Assembly (NCBI GenBank): GCA_049325535.1
Contig: JBMOKY010000001.1
Span: forward strand, 749,942-813,941
Direction: 5' to 3'
Length of the DNA: 64,000 nucleotides
Source of the DNA: Patescibacteria group bacterium
GTDB taxonomy: Bacteria; Patescibacteriota; Patescibacteriia; UBA10025; JAHIVO01
Within the stretch, counting starts at the first letter, position 1; each line of letters starts with the position of its first letter. The translations under genes were made by a program, and so were the position numbers. Below, piece by piece: positions 37,626 through 47,066 of the stretch. Below the pieces are notes generated by a model. It had not been told where the DNA came from. It ran no database searches and worked only from the letters and a program-made list of their open reading frames with translations.

Positions 37626-39056
37626 TTATTTCCTCATAAATAATGGGGTACCTTTAGTTATTTTTTCTGCTGAAAACGCCCCGACGATTTGGGCGGCGGT
37701 ATTGGGCATGAATGGCTCGAGTACTTTCACTAGATCCAGCAAAAATCGTGCCAGCTGTGACAGAAGCAGCTCCAGTGCTTCGCGCTGAGCCGGGTCTTTT
37801 ACCAGCACCCAGGGTTTTTGATCATCAATCATGTGGTTCGCGTCATCAATAGCCGCCCACATTTTTTTCAATGCCACGTCAAATGCTAATCTCTCAATAT
37901 GCGCTTCTACTTCGTCCAAAAATATTGGCGACTCAACATCGCGCGGGATCCGGCCTCCACAGTACTGCTCAATCATATTGAGCACCCGGCTCACCAAATT
38001 GCCCAGGTTATTTGCCAGATCAGCATTATATTTCTCTTTAAATAATTCTTGCTTAATATCCCCGTCCTGGCCAAAGGGAAACTGCGATAGCAGTAAATAG
38101 CGTGTGGCATCTGGACCAAACTCCCGCACTACATCATTTGGATCAATCACATTGCCCAATGACTTCGACATCTTCTGGCCGTTCAAACTGAAGAAGCCAT
38201 GGGCAAATATTTTTTTTGGAAGCTTTTCGCCAGCCGCCAATAGCATGGCCGGCCAATAAATGGCGTGGAATTTTACGATATCTTTTGCCATCAAGTGGAC
38301 ATCGGCGGGCCACCATTTCATGAATTGATTCTGATCCTGGCCATAACCGATTGCTGAAATGTAATTTTGCAGCGCCTCAACCCACACGTAAATTTTTTGC
38401 GTCGGGTAGATGGGGAAATCAATCCCCCATCGAACACGCTCACGCGTCACGGAAAAATCCTTCAGATCTTGTTTGAGAAGCCCGAGCACTTCGCTCCGTC
38501 GCGAGGCCGGTTCAACTACCAAAACATTGTCCTGTATCAATCGCTGTACCTCCGGTAGATACTGAGTTAATTTAAAAAACCAATTCTTCTCTTTAACCAC
38601 TTCTGGTTTTTGCTTGTGAATCGGGCATAGCCCGTCAATCAAATCTTTTTCAGTATAAAAATCCTCACACCCGCGACAATACAGCCCTTCGTAGGTACCT
38701 TGGTATAGAGCACCATGGGCATGTAATTTCTCCATAAAAATCTTCACCGCTGCCGCGTGCTCCTTCAGCGTCGTCCGCATGAAGATATCATGACTGATTT
38801 CTAGATTGGCAAATGCCTTTGAAAATTCACCGGCGTTGTGATCGACAAAAGCTTGGACTGACTGCCCGGCTTTTTCCGCGCTCTCAGCGACCTTGTCCCC
38901 GTGTTCATCCGTACCAGTCAGGAAAAAAACATCATACTCGCGCTGACGATAGTACCGCGCCAATACGTCAGCTGCAATCGTCGTATACGCATGACCAATA
39001 TGAGGACGGTCGTTTACATAATAAATTGGAGTGGTGATATAAAATCGTTTTGCCAT
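37626..39056 (-). CDS. metG: Methionyl-tRNA synthetase (short form, no C-terminal EMAP domain)
   Basis: HIGH (PHIGHAYT) and KMSKS motifs. Zinc-knuckle Cys. Full-length similarity. Confidence 0.95.
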   Translation of the reverse strand: MAKRFYITTPIYYVNDRPHIGHAYTTIAADVLARYYRQREYDVFFLTGTDEHGDKVAESAEKAGQSVQAFVDHNAGEFSKAFANLEISHDIFMRTTLKEHAAAVKIFMEKLHAHGALYQGTYEGLYCRGCEDFYTEKDLIDGLCPIHKQKPEVVKEKNWFFKLTQYLPEVQRLIQDNVLVVEPASRRSEVLGLLKQDLKDFSVTRERVRWGIDFPIYPTQKIYVWVEALQNYISAIGYGQDQNQFMKWWPADVHLMAKDIVKFHAIYWPAMLLAAGEKLPKKIFAHGFFSLNGQKMSKSLGNVIDPNDVVREFGPDATRYLLLSQFPFGQDGDIKQELFKEKYNADLANNLGNLVSRVLNMIEQYCGGRIPRDVESPIFLDEVEAHIERLAFDVALKKMWAAIDDANHMIDDQKPWVLVKDPAQREALELLLSQLARFLLDLVKVLEPFMPNTAAQIVGAFSAEKITKGTPLFMRK

Positions 39057-39080
39057 AATACCCTTAGTATAACAAAACTC

Positions 39081-39869
39081 CTACGTTTGCGATATCGGCG
39101 AATCGCCATCGGATGACTCTGCTGAGCCGCTGGGTGGAGAGAACTTCAGGCGTCGGATTTGCTCTTCCGGCACGCCATGGCGCTCATACATGTCACCCTC
39201 GGAAATATTCGCCATATCCTGCGGCTGAAACCCAAGTAAGCCGACTACCTGCTGCACTGCCTCCTGGCTGGGGCCCTCCACTTCCAGCCACGGTTTACCC
39301 GCCGGGCCTTCATTGATCTCGATCAGCGTCCCATTGAGATCATAGCTGGTACGGTATTTTTCTCGCTCCGAGCGTACCTGGTAGCCCATCCGCTGCAGCA
39401 ATTCGATCACTCCACCAGGGTCCTGCAGTGATGTCTCCAGCTCAATCCGATCATCTATCAGCTGCTCACGGTTGCGCGGCTCTTTTATGGTAAACGTGAG
39501 TGTATCGGCATCGCGACGCAACCGGGCCGAACGTTTCGGTAGTTCCGCCGGGCATTCCAATTGCATCTCACCATCCTGCTCACCAATGATGCGCAGTCCC
39601 AAAAATTCCATCATACCCTTGAACCGGTCAGGGTCATGTGCCGATGCAGTGCTGACGGTAATTGTTTGGGTCACGGCATCGCTATGCTTCGGCCGATTGT
39701 AGCTCTGGTCGCGCAGCAGCCGGCGCTCACGAACCAGCGTCGCTCCCAATGATACTATTTTCTGGCGCATCGCTTCCACGTCACCGATATCCAATATTTT
39801 TACTTCAATCTCATGCGGACGGACTTCCCGGCTCGGGTCCGCATCATGCGGGCTGTGTTCTGGATTCAT
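39081..39869 (-). CDS. CYTH-domain protein (triphosphate tunnel metalloenzyme family)
   Basis: N-terminal EIEVKILDI (ExExK) motif and length consistent with a CYTH domain plus a C-terminal extension. Confidence 0.55.
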   Translation of the reverse strand: MNPEHSPHDADPSREVRPHEIEVKILDIGDVEAMRQKIVSLGATLVRERRLLRDQSYNRPKHSDAVTQTITVSTASAHDPDRFKGMMEFLGLRIIGEQDGEMQLECPAELPKRSARLRRDADTLTFTIKEPRNREQLIDDRIELETSLQDPGGVIELLQRMGYQVRSEREKYRTSYDLNGTLIEINEGPAGKPWLEVEGPSQEAVQQVVGLLGFQPQDMANISEGDMYERHGVPEEQIRRLKFSPPSGSAESSDGDSPISQT

Positions 39870-39891
39870 ATAAAACTATTTTAATACATAA

Positions 39892-40578
39892 TTATTTTTT
39901 TCCTGCCACCGCCACCACGAATTCACCTTTTACCATATCCGCCTGGACTTTGTGTAAGACTTCACCGGCTGAACCGTGATAGATGGTTTCAAACTGTTTG
40001 GTCAGTTCCCGACCAACTACTACCAGCCTGTCTGGCGCGAGTACTTGTACGAGCGATTCCAGGGCTTTCAGTATGCGATGGGTGGATTCGTAAAAAATTA
40101 CCGTCCGTTCCGATTCGGCAATCTCCCGAAATAACGTCTGCCTCCCTTTTTTATGGGGCATAAAACCGAGGAATACAAATTTATCCATGGGCACCCCAGC
40201 TACGGATATCAGAGCGGTGAGCGCGGCAACGCCGGGAATCGGCACGATACGCACCTGATCGCCGAGGGTCGCTCGCACCTGATGGATCAAAACCCCGCCC
40301 GGGTCTGACAATCCAGGCGTGCCCGCATCCGAAACCAGCGCCAAGCATTTGCCTCGGCGCAATTGCTCAATGATCTCGTCGACTTTTTGTATGGTCGAGT
40401 GCTGGTGGTAACTCTGGAGCGGCCGCTGAATATCATACTGATGCAGGAGGTGCGCGGTATGACGGGTGTCCTCACAGAGGATCATATCCGCCTCCTTGAG
40501 TACGCGCAATGCCCGGAGAGTAATGTCCTCAAGGTTACCGATGGGGGTAGCGACGATGAAGAGACGACCGGTGGCCAT
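39892..40578 (-). CDS. rsmI: 16S rRNA 2-prime-O-methyltransferase RsmI (tetrapyrrole methylase fold)
   Basis: Motifs LFIVATPIGNLEDIT…ILCEDTR…SDAGTPG.SDPG are typical of RsmI. Confidence 0.85.
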   Translation of the reverse strand: MATGRLFIVATPIGNLEDITLRALRVLKEADMILCEDTRHTAHLLHQYDIQRPLQSYHQHSTIQKVDEIIEQLRRGKCLALVSDAGTPGLSDPGGVLIHQVRATLGDQVRIVPIPGVAALTALISVAGVPMDKFVFLGFMPHKKGRQTLFREIAESERTVIFYESTHRILKALESLVQVLAPDRLVVVGRELTKQFETIYHGSAGEVLHKVQADMVKGEFVVAVAGKK

Positions 40579-40661
40579 AGGGTTTATTGACGGATCATAT
40601 TCCTCCTGATAAGCTCCTCAAATAATAGCACATTACGTACTTAAAATACATGGAGGAAAAC

Positions 40662-40952
40662 ATGTATACCGATGCATTTTCCTACGGGTACTGTAGTACG
40701 CGCACTCGGGATTGGTGGGGTGTCAATTCGTGGCACACCATCCAGCGCTGCCCGCCGATTCAGTCAGCAAAACCCTCACACGGCGGGGTGCGCCGCCGGG
40801 ACGACGAATCGTTCGAGGCGATGCTGCATCGTTTCAATCAGTTCATGAAAAAATCGGGAACCAAAACCGACGTCCGCCGTACCACCGAACGGTACCTCAA
40901 ACCATCGCTCAAGCGGTACCGCCGCCGGAGTAAACGGAGAAATCTCCGATAG
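40662..40952 (+). CDS. rpsU: Ribosomal protein S21 with an unusual N-terminal extension of about 42 aa
   Basis: C-terminal 55 aa matches the S21 pattern (ESFE.ML.RF…KSG…RR…YLKPS.KR.RRRSKRR). GGAGG SD 5 nt before the ATG at 40662. An in-frame GTG at 40788 would give a canonical-length S21 but lacks an SD. Confidence 0.6.
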   Translation: MYTDAFSYGYCSTRTRDWWGVNSWHTIQRCPPIQSAKPSHGGVRRRDDESFEAMLHRFNQFMKKSGTKTDVRRTTERYLKPSLKRYRRRSKRRNLR

Positions 40953-41008
40953 CATTCGTCAGCAACTTATCCAGCTGCAGCAGGATCTCCCGTCCCGCTG
41001 CAGTTTTT

Positions 41009-42070
41009 TTAGGATTCGAGGGTGGCTTCCCGCTCTTCCTTCGAGGTCATAAAATCCTCGGCAAATGATTTGACAATCAGTCCAAACGGCACCGCTAGCA
41101 GCAAACCGACGATACCGGCCAGTTTGGCGCCGATCAACATCAGTATGATGACCACCAGCGGATTCATCCCGACAGCCTTTTGCATTACTTTCGGCACGAT
41201 CAGATGATTCTCCAGCTGTTGCACGATGATATAGAGAACCACGACCGCCAACGCCTGCACGAAATTACCTGTGGTCAGTGCGATAAATACCGCAGGGATA
41301 GCTCCAAGCAGTGGTCCTAGGTACGGTATGAATTCGGTCAGCGCCGCCCAGAGTGCCAGCACCAGGGCGTACTCCACGCCGAGCGACGTCAAACCAATAT
41401 AGGTCAATACACCGATGATCACGCTCAAGATCAGCTGTCCTTTCAGCCACATGCGCAGACGGTCCTGCGACCGATTGACCAGCTGGAACACATAGGGCTG
41501 ATACTTGACCGGCGTCACCGATCGAATAAATGCCTTCAGCGCCGAATCCTCCAGCAGCATGTAAAAAGTGATCACAACCACACCGATGAATGCGAAAAAC
41601 CCTCCGAATACGGTACCAACCGCATTGAAGATGCCGCTCGAGGTCTTACCCAGATTGGATTCGATGGATTGGATGATATTATCCAGATTGCCAAGTACCT
41701 TTTGCTGGAGTGAAAAATCCTGGAACTGTTGGAAATTTGAAATGACATTATTATAATACTCCGGGAAATGCTGAGCGATATCGGTTATCTGCGTAGCTAT
41801 CGGCGGCACCAGCAGCATCAAAACGATGGTAAATGAACCAAAAAACAAGACATAAATAAATAGGGTTGCCACGATGCGCGGGATACCGCGACGACGGAGG
41901 CTGTTGACCCAGGGATTGAGAGCGCTGGCAAGAATCGCAGAGACGACGATGATCATCAAAACATCACGGAGCAAATACAAAATCGCCAAAATACCTACGA
42001 TGAGGAATACCTTGAAAATCGTAGTAGTCGAAATGTTGATCGTTAGGTTTTTTCCCTGATGTTCTGCCAT
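41009..42070 (-). CDS. AI-2E family transporter (PerM/UPF0118)
   Basis: 8 TM helices with the conserved family core (…ILSVIIGVLTYIGL…FIPYLGPLLGAIP…). Confidence 0.8.
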   Translation of the reverse strand: MAEHQGKNLTINISTTTIFKVFLIVGILAILYLLRDVLMIIVVSAILASALNPWVNSLRRRGIPRIVATLFIYVLFFGSFTIVLMLLVPPIATQITDIAQHFPEYYNNVISNFQQFQDFSLQQKVLGNLDNIIQSIESNLGKTSSGIFNAVGTVFGGFFAFIGVVVITFYMLLEDSALKAFIRSVTPVKYQPYVFQLVNRSQDRLRMWLKGQLILSVIIGVLTYIGLTSLGVEYALVLALWAALTEFIPYLGPLLGAIPAVFIALTTGNFVQALAVVVLYIIVQQLENHLIVPKVMQKAVGMNPLVVIILMLIGAKLAGIVGLLLAVPFGLIVKSFAEDFMTSKEEREATLES

Positions 42071-42097
42071 ACTCAGTTAGCTGACAGAATGAGTATA

Positions 42098-43363
42098 CTA
42101 CAATCGAAGTAAACGGGAAAATGCCTCGGCTGCCCCGACCGGCCCGATCAGGGCCAGATTCAGCCGTCGCGGACGGAACAGATCCTTTGCGACGCGAATC
42201 AAATCAGTCGTATTTACCCGCTCTAATAGGCGTATCTGTTCAGCCGGAGTTTTTATCTTCCCATCGAAGAGCAGCTGCCGGCCCAGCCAGGCGGCTACCT
42301 GATCAGACGCTTCCAAATCCAGAATCAGTTTTCCCTTGAGAAATTCACGCGCCTTTTTCAGTTCTGCGGATGTCACCCCGTGCTGCCGGACTTTTTTCAG
42401 TTCGGCCAGAATGGCACTGATGGCCTCGTTGATCCGCCGTTTATCCAGACCGGCCTGGACCATAAATGCACCGGTATCCTGATACGGATTGACGCTGGTG
42501 CGTATAAAATAGCACAACCCTTTCTTTTCACGTATTGACATGAATAATCGGGAACTCATATTGCCTCCGAGAACGACGTTCAGCAGATAGAGCGGATACA
42601 GGCGTTTGTCGCCGTGCGGGTAAGCAGGGAATCCGAGTCCAAGCTGAACTTGCTCGGTCTCCTTTTGTTTGGTTACCACATGCGGCTCGTCCTGGACACC
42701 GCCGATTTTACGAAATGGAAATGACACGGTACGCGCCCGTTTCGGAGCAAATAATTCCGCTACCCGATCGACAATAGCATCCTGAACGTTGCCGGCGATG
42801 GTGACAATCATATTTGCGGGAACATAATACGTATGGTAGTAGTCGAGCAACTGCTGCCGGGTTACTTTTTGGATGACTGATTTGGGGCCGGCGATGTTCC
42901 AGCCCAGCGGATGGTCTCCCCACATCGCTTGCTCGAAGACGTCTTCCATCATCATCATCGGATTATCCTCGTACATATTGATCTCCTCGATGATGACGCC
43001 ACGCTCTCGCTCTATCTCTTTCTGATTAAATATCGAGTGCTGCAGCATATCCGCCAGCATATCCAGTAGCAGATCAACTGTATCCACGTGCGCTTTGATA
43101 TAGTAGCCCGTCACATCTTTCGACGTAAACGCGTTATACTCCGCGCCGATGCCATCGAGCTCTTTGGTAATCATCAGCGCCGTCGGCCGTTTGGTGGTGC
43201 CCTTGAACATGAGGTGCTCCACGAAATGCGAGACGCCATTGATCTGCCGGGTTTCGTACCGTGAGCCGACTTTGACCATGATCAATACCGTCACTGCCTT
43301 CGTATCACGAAGCGGAGAGACAATAACACGCATCCCATTGTTGAGTGTGTGGGTGGTAAACAT
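42098..43363 (-). CDS. M16-family zinc peptidase (insulinase-like)
   Basis: Inverted zinc-binding motif HxxEH (HFVEHLMFKG) plus a downstream E. Two-domain length. Confidence 0.8.
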   Translation of the reverse strand: MFTTHTLNNGMRVIVSPLRDTKAVTVLIMVKVGSRYETRQINGVSHFVEHLMFKGTTKRPTALMITKELDGIGAEYNAFTSKDVTGYYIKAHVDTVDLLLDMLADMLQHSIFNQKEIERERGVIIEEINMYEDNPMMMMEDVFEQAMWGDHPLGWNIAGPKSVIQKVTRQQLLDYYHTYYVPANMIVTIAGNVQDAIVDRVAELFAPKRARTVSFPFRKIGGVQDEPHVVTKQKETEQVQLGLGFPAYPHGDKRLYPLYLLNVVLGGNMSSRLFMSIREKKGLCYFIRTSVNPYQDTGAFMVQAGLDKRRINEAISAILAELKKVRQHGVTSAELKKAREFLKGKLILDLEASDQVAAWLGRQLLFDGKIKTPAEQIRLLERVNTTDLIRVAKDLFRPRRLNLALIGPVGAAEAFSRLLRL

Positions 43364-43368
43364 ATATG

Positions 43369-43806
43369 TTATAAATTGTGGATCATTTCATTTCCCCGCT
43401 TGGAAAAGCCGAGTTTTTCGTAAAATTTAACGTTTGTGTCGTGACAATCAAGCAGGACGCGGTAACAATCGGCCTGCTGCGCGGTTTTCATAGCCTTTTC
43501 CATCAGCGCCCGGCCGATGCCCTGCCCTTCATATCCGGGTCGTACCACCACATCCTCGACATGTGCCAAAAATCCGCAGTCATGGATGAATTTCGGCTCG
43601 ATGAGTACCGTGGTGGCACCAATTACTTCCCGTGTCTTTTTTTCCAGTGCCACAAAAATATAATGGTTCTTATTCTTCCTGATACGCTTAAATTGTTTCC
43701 GGCCTTTATCTACATTGTTGACCGTCGATGACGACAAATGCGCCAAGGTGGAAAACAACCCCGGGGTAATATATTTCTTTTTCAGCTCGACAATAGTGTA
43801 TTTCAT
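43369..43806 (-). CDS. GNAT-family N-acetyltransferase
   Basis: Acetyl-CoA binding motif (R)PGYEGQGIGRALM and GNAT fold length. Start set at the internal ATG (MKYTIVEL). Confidence 0.75.
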   Translation of the reverse strand: MKYTIVELKKKYITPGLFSTLAHLSSSTVNNVDKGRKQFKRIRKNKNHYIFVALEKKTREVIGATTVLIEPKFIHDCGFLAHVEDVVVRPGYEGQGIGRALMEKAMKTAQQADCYRVLLDCHDTNVKFYEKLGFSKRGNEMIHNL

Positions 43807-43807
43807 G

Positions 43808-44695
43808 CTACTTTCCAGTTGACTGAGTCGATACAACCGCATCAAATTGCATCATGATGACCGTTTCATATACTCCCTGTTGTTGCCTCGTCTGCCTGCC
43901 CAATTCCCGTCCGCCACGAAGCATGCCAGAGCTTTTTGTCGACACGCCATTTTCCATAATCGTAACCGTCTTGAAAATATCAGTAGCTACTCCGGCCGCA
44001 ACCATATCCGCTTTATCTACCGACATCTGCATATCTCGGCTTTGGGCTGAGGCTATCGCGATGACTTTTCCATCGCGCTGAAAAGCTTTGCCGACGTTCT
44101 GCCACATCCAATCATAATTCATTTCAGCGCTATCAGGTAATTGAGGAAGGTCGATTTCAAGCGTTGCCCGCGGACCAGCTTCAGCTTTTTTTTCCGGCTG
44201 AGCTTCTTTTTGAACGCTCCCATCCGTCTCCACATCGTGCTGACCCAATAGTGACTTATAAAACACCTGATACAAACCGTCGAGTTGTGCCTCAAAATCG
44301 GCAGTCGTGCCGCCTTGCGCGACAACAGCTTCTGCCATTTCCGATCCTTTTTTCTGAAATAGATCAACTACTCCGGTCGGTAGATTCTCCTGCGTCGCTG
44401 AAAAATAGGTCGAATCCAACTGCATTACCTTTTCATTCGCCATATTCCACATTCCCCGTAATTGGCGCTCCTGGCCCTCTGTCCACTGGCGCTCTTTTTG
44501 TTCGGTTTGTGGCTGAGCCCCTGCCTCAGCGCGAGCGTCAGTCGCCGCTCCCGCGCCCAGCATTGTTCCGCCAACGAGTACCCCCACTTTCAGCGCATAT
44601 TTAATTTGGTCGATTACACCCCGCTTCTTTTTCTGGTCACGCGCCTCATCGGTTTGCATCTCCTCCTGATTTGGAGCATAGCCTGATTCGCGCAT
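43808..44695 (-). CDS. Membrane-anchored hypothetical protein (295 aa)
   Basis: ORF with one TM near the N-terminus. No recognisable domain. Confidence 0.45.
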   Translation of the reverse strand: MRESGYAPNQEEMQTDEARDQKKKRGVIDQIKYALKVGVLVGGTMLGAGAATDARAEAGAQPQTEQKERQWTEGQERQLRGMWNMANEKVMQLDSTYFSATQENLPTGVVDLFQKKGSEMAEAVVAQGGTTADFEAQLDGLYQVFYKSLLGQHDVETDGSVQKEAQPEKKAEAGPRATLEIDLPQLPDSAEMNYDWMWQNVGKAFQRDGKVIAIASAQSRDMQMSVDKADMVAAGVATDIFKTVTIMENGVSTKSSGMLRGGRELGRQTRQQQGVYETVIMMQFDAVVSTQSTGK

Positions 44696-44698
44696 ATT

Positions 44699-46027
44699 TT
44701 ATGCTAGTTTATCATTTAAATAGTGAACTAAATCGTCAATCGCCACCCGCTCCTGCGTCATCGTATCCCGATCCCGGACAGTCACTTGTTTGTCAGTCGT
44801 ACTGTCAAAATCATAGGTGACACAATAAGGCGTGCCGATTTCATCCTGACGACGATACCGGCGGCCGATGGAGGCAATGTCGTCGTATTGGATCGTCCAG
44901 TGCTGACGTAGTGTCTGGGCAATTTCTTTGGCTGGACCTGATACTTCATCTTTTTTGGATAACGGCAACACCGCGACTTTGATCGGTGCTAATTCTTTAT
45001 GCAGACGCAACACGACTTCCTGTTCTTTGTTGCTCTCCGTGGTGGTACTGCGTCCACCGCTGATTTCGGTGTAGGCATCAATTAAGAATGCCAATGCCGC
45101 GCGATCCACGCCAGCTGACGGTTCGATGACGTACGGCACAAATGTTTCATTCGTTCCTTCATCACGATAAGATAAGCCGTGCGCCTTCAGGTCAAAATCC
45201 GTCCGATTGGCAATCCCCATCAGCTCTGACCAACCCTTATCGAAAGGGAAATTATATTCAATATCAGTAGTTGCTTTTGAATAGTGTGCCAGTTCTGATT
45301 TCGGCTGCTCAAAAAATCTCAGATTCTCTTTGCTGATGCCTAAATCAAGGAACCATTGCATGCTGGCATCGACCCAGGACTTGAACTCTTTTTCGTCTTC
45401 TTTAGGATTGATGAAATATTCGAGCTCCATTTGTTCGAACTCGCGCGAGCGGAAAATAAAATTACCCGGGGTAATTTCGTTGCGGAAGGCTTTGCCGATC
45501 TGCCCGATACCAAACGGTACTTTCAATCGCATTGATTGTCGCACTAAATCGAAATTCACAAAAATATTCTGCGCAGTCTCGGGTCGCAGGTACGCCACGC
45601 TAGCAGAATCCTCTGTGGGGCCGACGAATGTCTTGAACATGGTATTAAATTGTTTTGGTTCGGTTAGCCCCCCTCCACAATCCGGACATTTCTTGCTGTT
45701 GCCAGTGGACTGTAGTCCGTCGTCCAGTTTAAACCGATGATGACATTTTTTACATTCAACTAATGTATCGGCAAATCCACCGACGTGGCCGCTCCTCTGC
45801 CAGACGATCGGATTGGTGACGATGGCCGCATCCTGCCCGACTACATCTGCCCGCCCCTGCACAAACCGCTTCCACCATGACTTCTTGATGTTGTTTTTCA
45901 GTTCCACACCCAAGGGACCAAAATCCCAAAACCCCTGCAGGCCGCCGTACATTTCCCCGGACTGAAATATGAAACCTCGGCGTTTCGCCAGCGATATGAC
46001 TTTTTCCATGAGTGATACTTCTGCCAT
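44699..46027 (-). CDS. glyQS: Glycyl-tRNA synthetase, alpha2 homodimeric type
   Basis: Full-length class II GlyRS similarity (…FQSGEMYGGL.GFWDFGPLG…, zinc-knuckle CKKC…CPDCGG, C-terminal anticodon-binding domain). Confidence 0.95.
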   Translation of the reverse strand: MAEVSLMEKVISLAKRRGFIFQSGEMYGGLQGFWDFGPLGVELKNNIKKSWWKRFVQGRADVVGQDAAIVTNPIVWQRSGHVGGFADTLVECKKCHHRFKLDDGLQSTGNSKKCPDCGGGLTEPKQFNTMFKTFVGPTEDSASVAYLRPETAQNIFVNFDLVRQSMRLKVPFGIGQIGKAFRNEITPGNFIFRSREFEQMELEYFINPKEDEKEFKSWVDASMQWFLDLGISKENLRFFEQPKSELAHYSKATTDIEYNFPFDKGWSELMGIANRTDFDLKAHGLSYRDEGTNETFVPYVIEPSAGVDRAALAFLIDAYTEISGGRSTTTESNKEQEVVLRLHKELAPIKVAVLPLSKKDEVSGPAKEIAQTLRQHWTIQYDDIASIGRRYRRQDEIGTPYCVTYDFDSTTDKQVTVRDRDTMTQERVAIDDLVHYLNDKLA

Positions 46028-46078
46028 AATTGACCTCTAGTATAGCGTTTCCGGGGCTTTTTGGCAATGCGATTCTCG

Positions 46079-46108
46079 TTGACACTATCATAAAAACCGA
46101 GCTATACT
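46079..46108 (+). promoter_or_regulatory. Near-consensus sigma70-type promoter TTGACA-N18-TATACT placed 6 nt before the pilin ATG (leaderless-type transcript)
   Basis: Seen in sequence. No SD between -10 and ATG. Confidence 0.55.
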
Positions 46109-46114
46109 ATCCAC

Positions 46115-46492
46115 ATGAAACGTATCGCATTCATTTCATTGGGAACGCTGACACTGCTCGCCACCACGGTGGAAACCGCGCTCGCGCAGACATTTTATGG
46201 CGTGCAGTTTGACCCAGAAGGGAAAATCAAAAAGGCTACCAACCTTCCTGACGAAAGTCCAACCAATATCACGGTCAACGTGATCAAATGGGTGCTGGGA
46301 TTCCTCGGGCTGGTGGCCGTCATCATGATCATCTGGGGCGGCGTCACCTGGATGACGTCAGCTGGCAATGAAGAAAAGGTGCGCAAAGCAAAGGACATCC
46401 TCCGGGCGGCCATCATCGGACTGGTCGTTGTTTTGCTCTCCTGGGCTATGGTTACGTTCGTCTTCACCCAGACCACCGAATTAGCGAGCTAA
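46115..46492 (+). CDS. TrbC/VirB2-like pilin (type IV secretion-type pilin-like protein)
   Basis: Signal peptide, then a two-helix hydrophobic hairpin with the characteristic …LGLVAVIMIIWGGVTWMTSAGNEEKVRKAKDILRAAIIGLVVVLL… pattern shared by VirB2/TrbC-family pilins and common CPR pilin-like proteins. Confidence 0.6.
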   Translation: MKRIAFISLGTLTLLATTVETALAQTFYGVQFDPEGKIKKATNLPDESPTNITVNVIKWVLGFLGLVAVIMIIWGGVTWMTSAGNEEKVRKAKDILRAAIIGLVVVLLSWAMVTFVFTQTTELAS

Positions 46493-46571
46493 GCAAGCTG
46501 CGCACTGCATATCAAAACATCCCCAGCCAATACTGCGGACGGTGTTTGTCGTGGTGCCCGGAAATAGATCG

Positions 46572-47048
46572 TCAGTTTTTTGTTTCAACCAAAACACGCG
46601 TCATCACATCTCCGACCATGATGTGCCGCACCACATCCATTCCTTCTGTCACTATTCCGAAAATGGTATACGCCTTCGGCAGGCTGTCATTATCTTCCAG
46701 CATGATGAAAAACTGCGAGCCATTCGTATCCGGGCCGGCATTGGCCATGGCGACGATGCCCGCATCATACGCCCGCCGTACCGGCTCATCAGCGAATTGA
46801 TAGCCCGGTCCACCAGCGCCCGTACCCGTCGGATCCCCACCCTGAATGACAAACCCCGGCACCACCCGATGAAAAGTAAGACCGTCATAGTACCCGGCTT
46901 CGGCCAAATACACAAAATTGCTCACCGTCTCTGGCGCCTCATCGGAAAACAGCTCAAATACAATAGTGCCTTTATTAGTCTGCAAGCGAATCTGTTTATT
47001 TTTTATTTTTTCATCAGGCAATACACCCGGATGACGATAGGTAGTCAT
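46572..47048 (-). CDS. Cyclophilin-type peptidyl-prolyl cis-trans isomerase
   Basis: Motifs FHRVVPGFVIQGGDP…FFI are typical of PpiB-like cyclophilins. Confidence 0.9.
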   Translation of the reverse strand: MTTYRHPGVLPDEKIKNKQIRLQTNKGTIVFELFSDEAPETVSNFVYLAEAGYYDGLTFHRVVPGFVIQGGDPTGTGAGGPGYQFADEPVRRAYDAGIVAMANAGPDTNGSQFFIMLEDNDSLPKAYTIFGIVTEGMDVVRHIMVGDVMTRVLVETKN

Positions 47049-47066
47049 GGTAATACTGTTACATAA

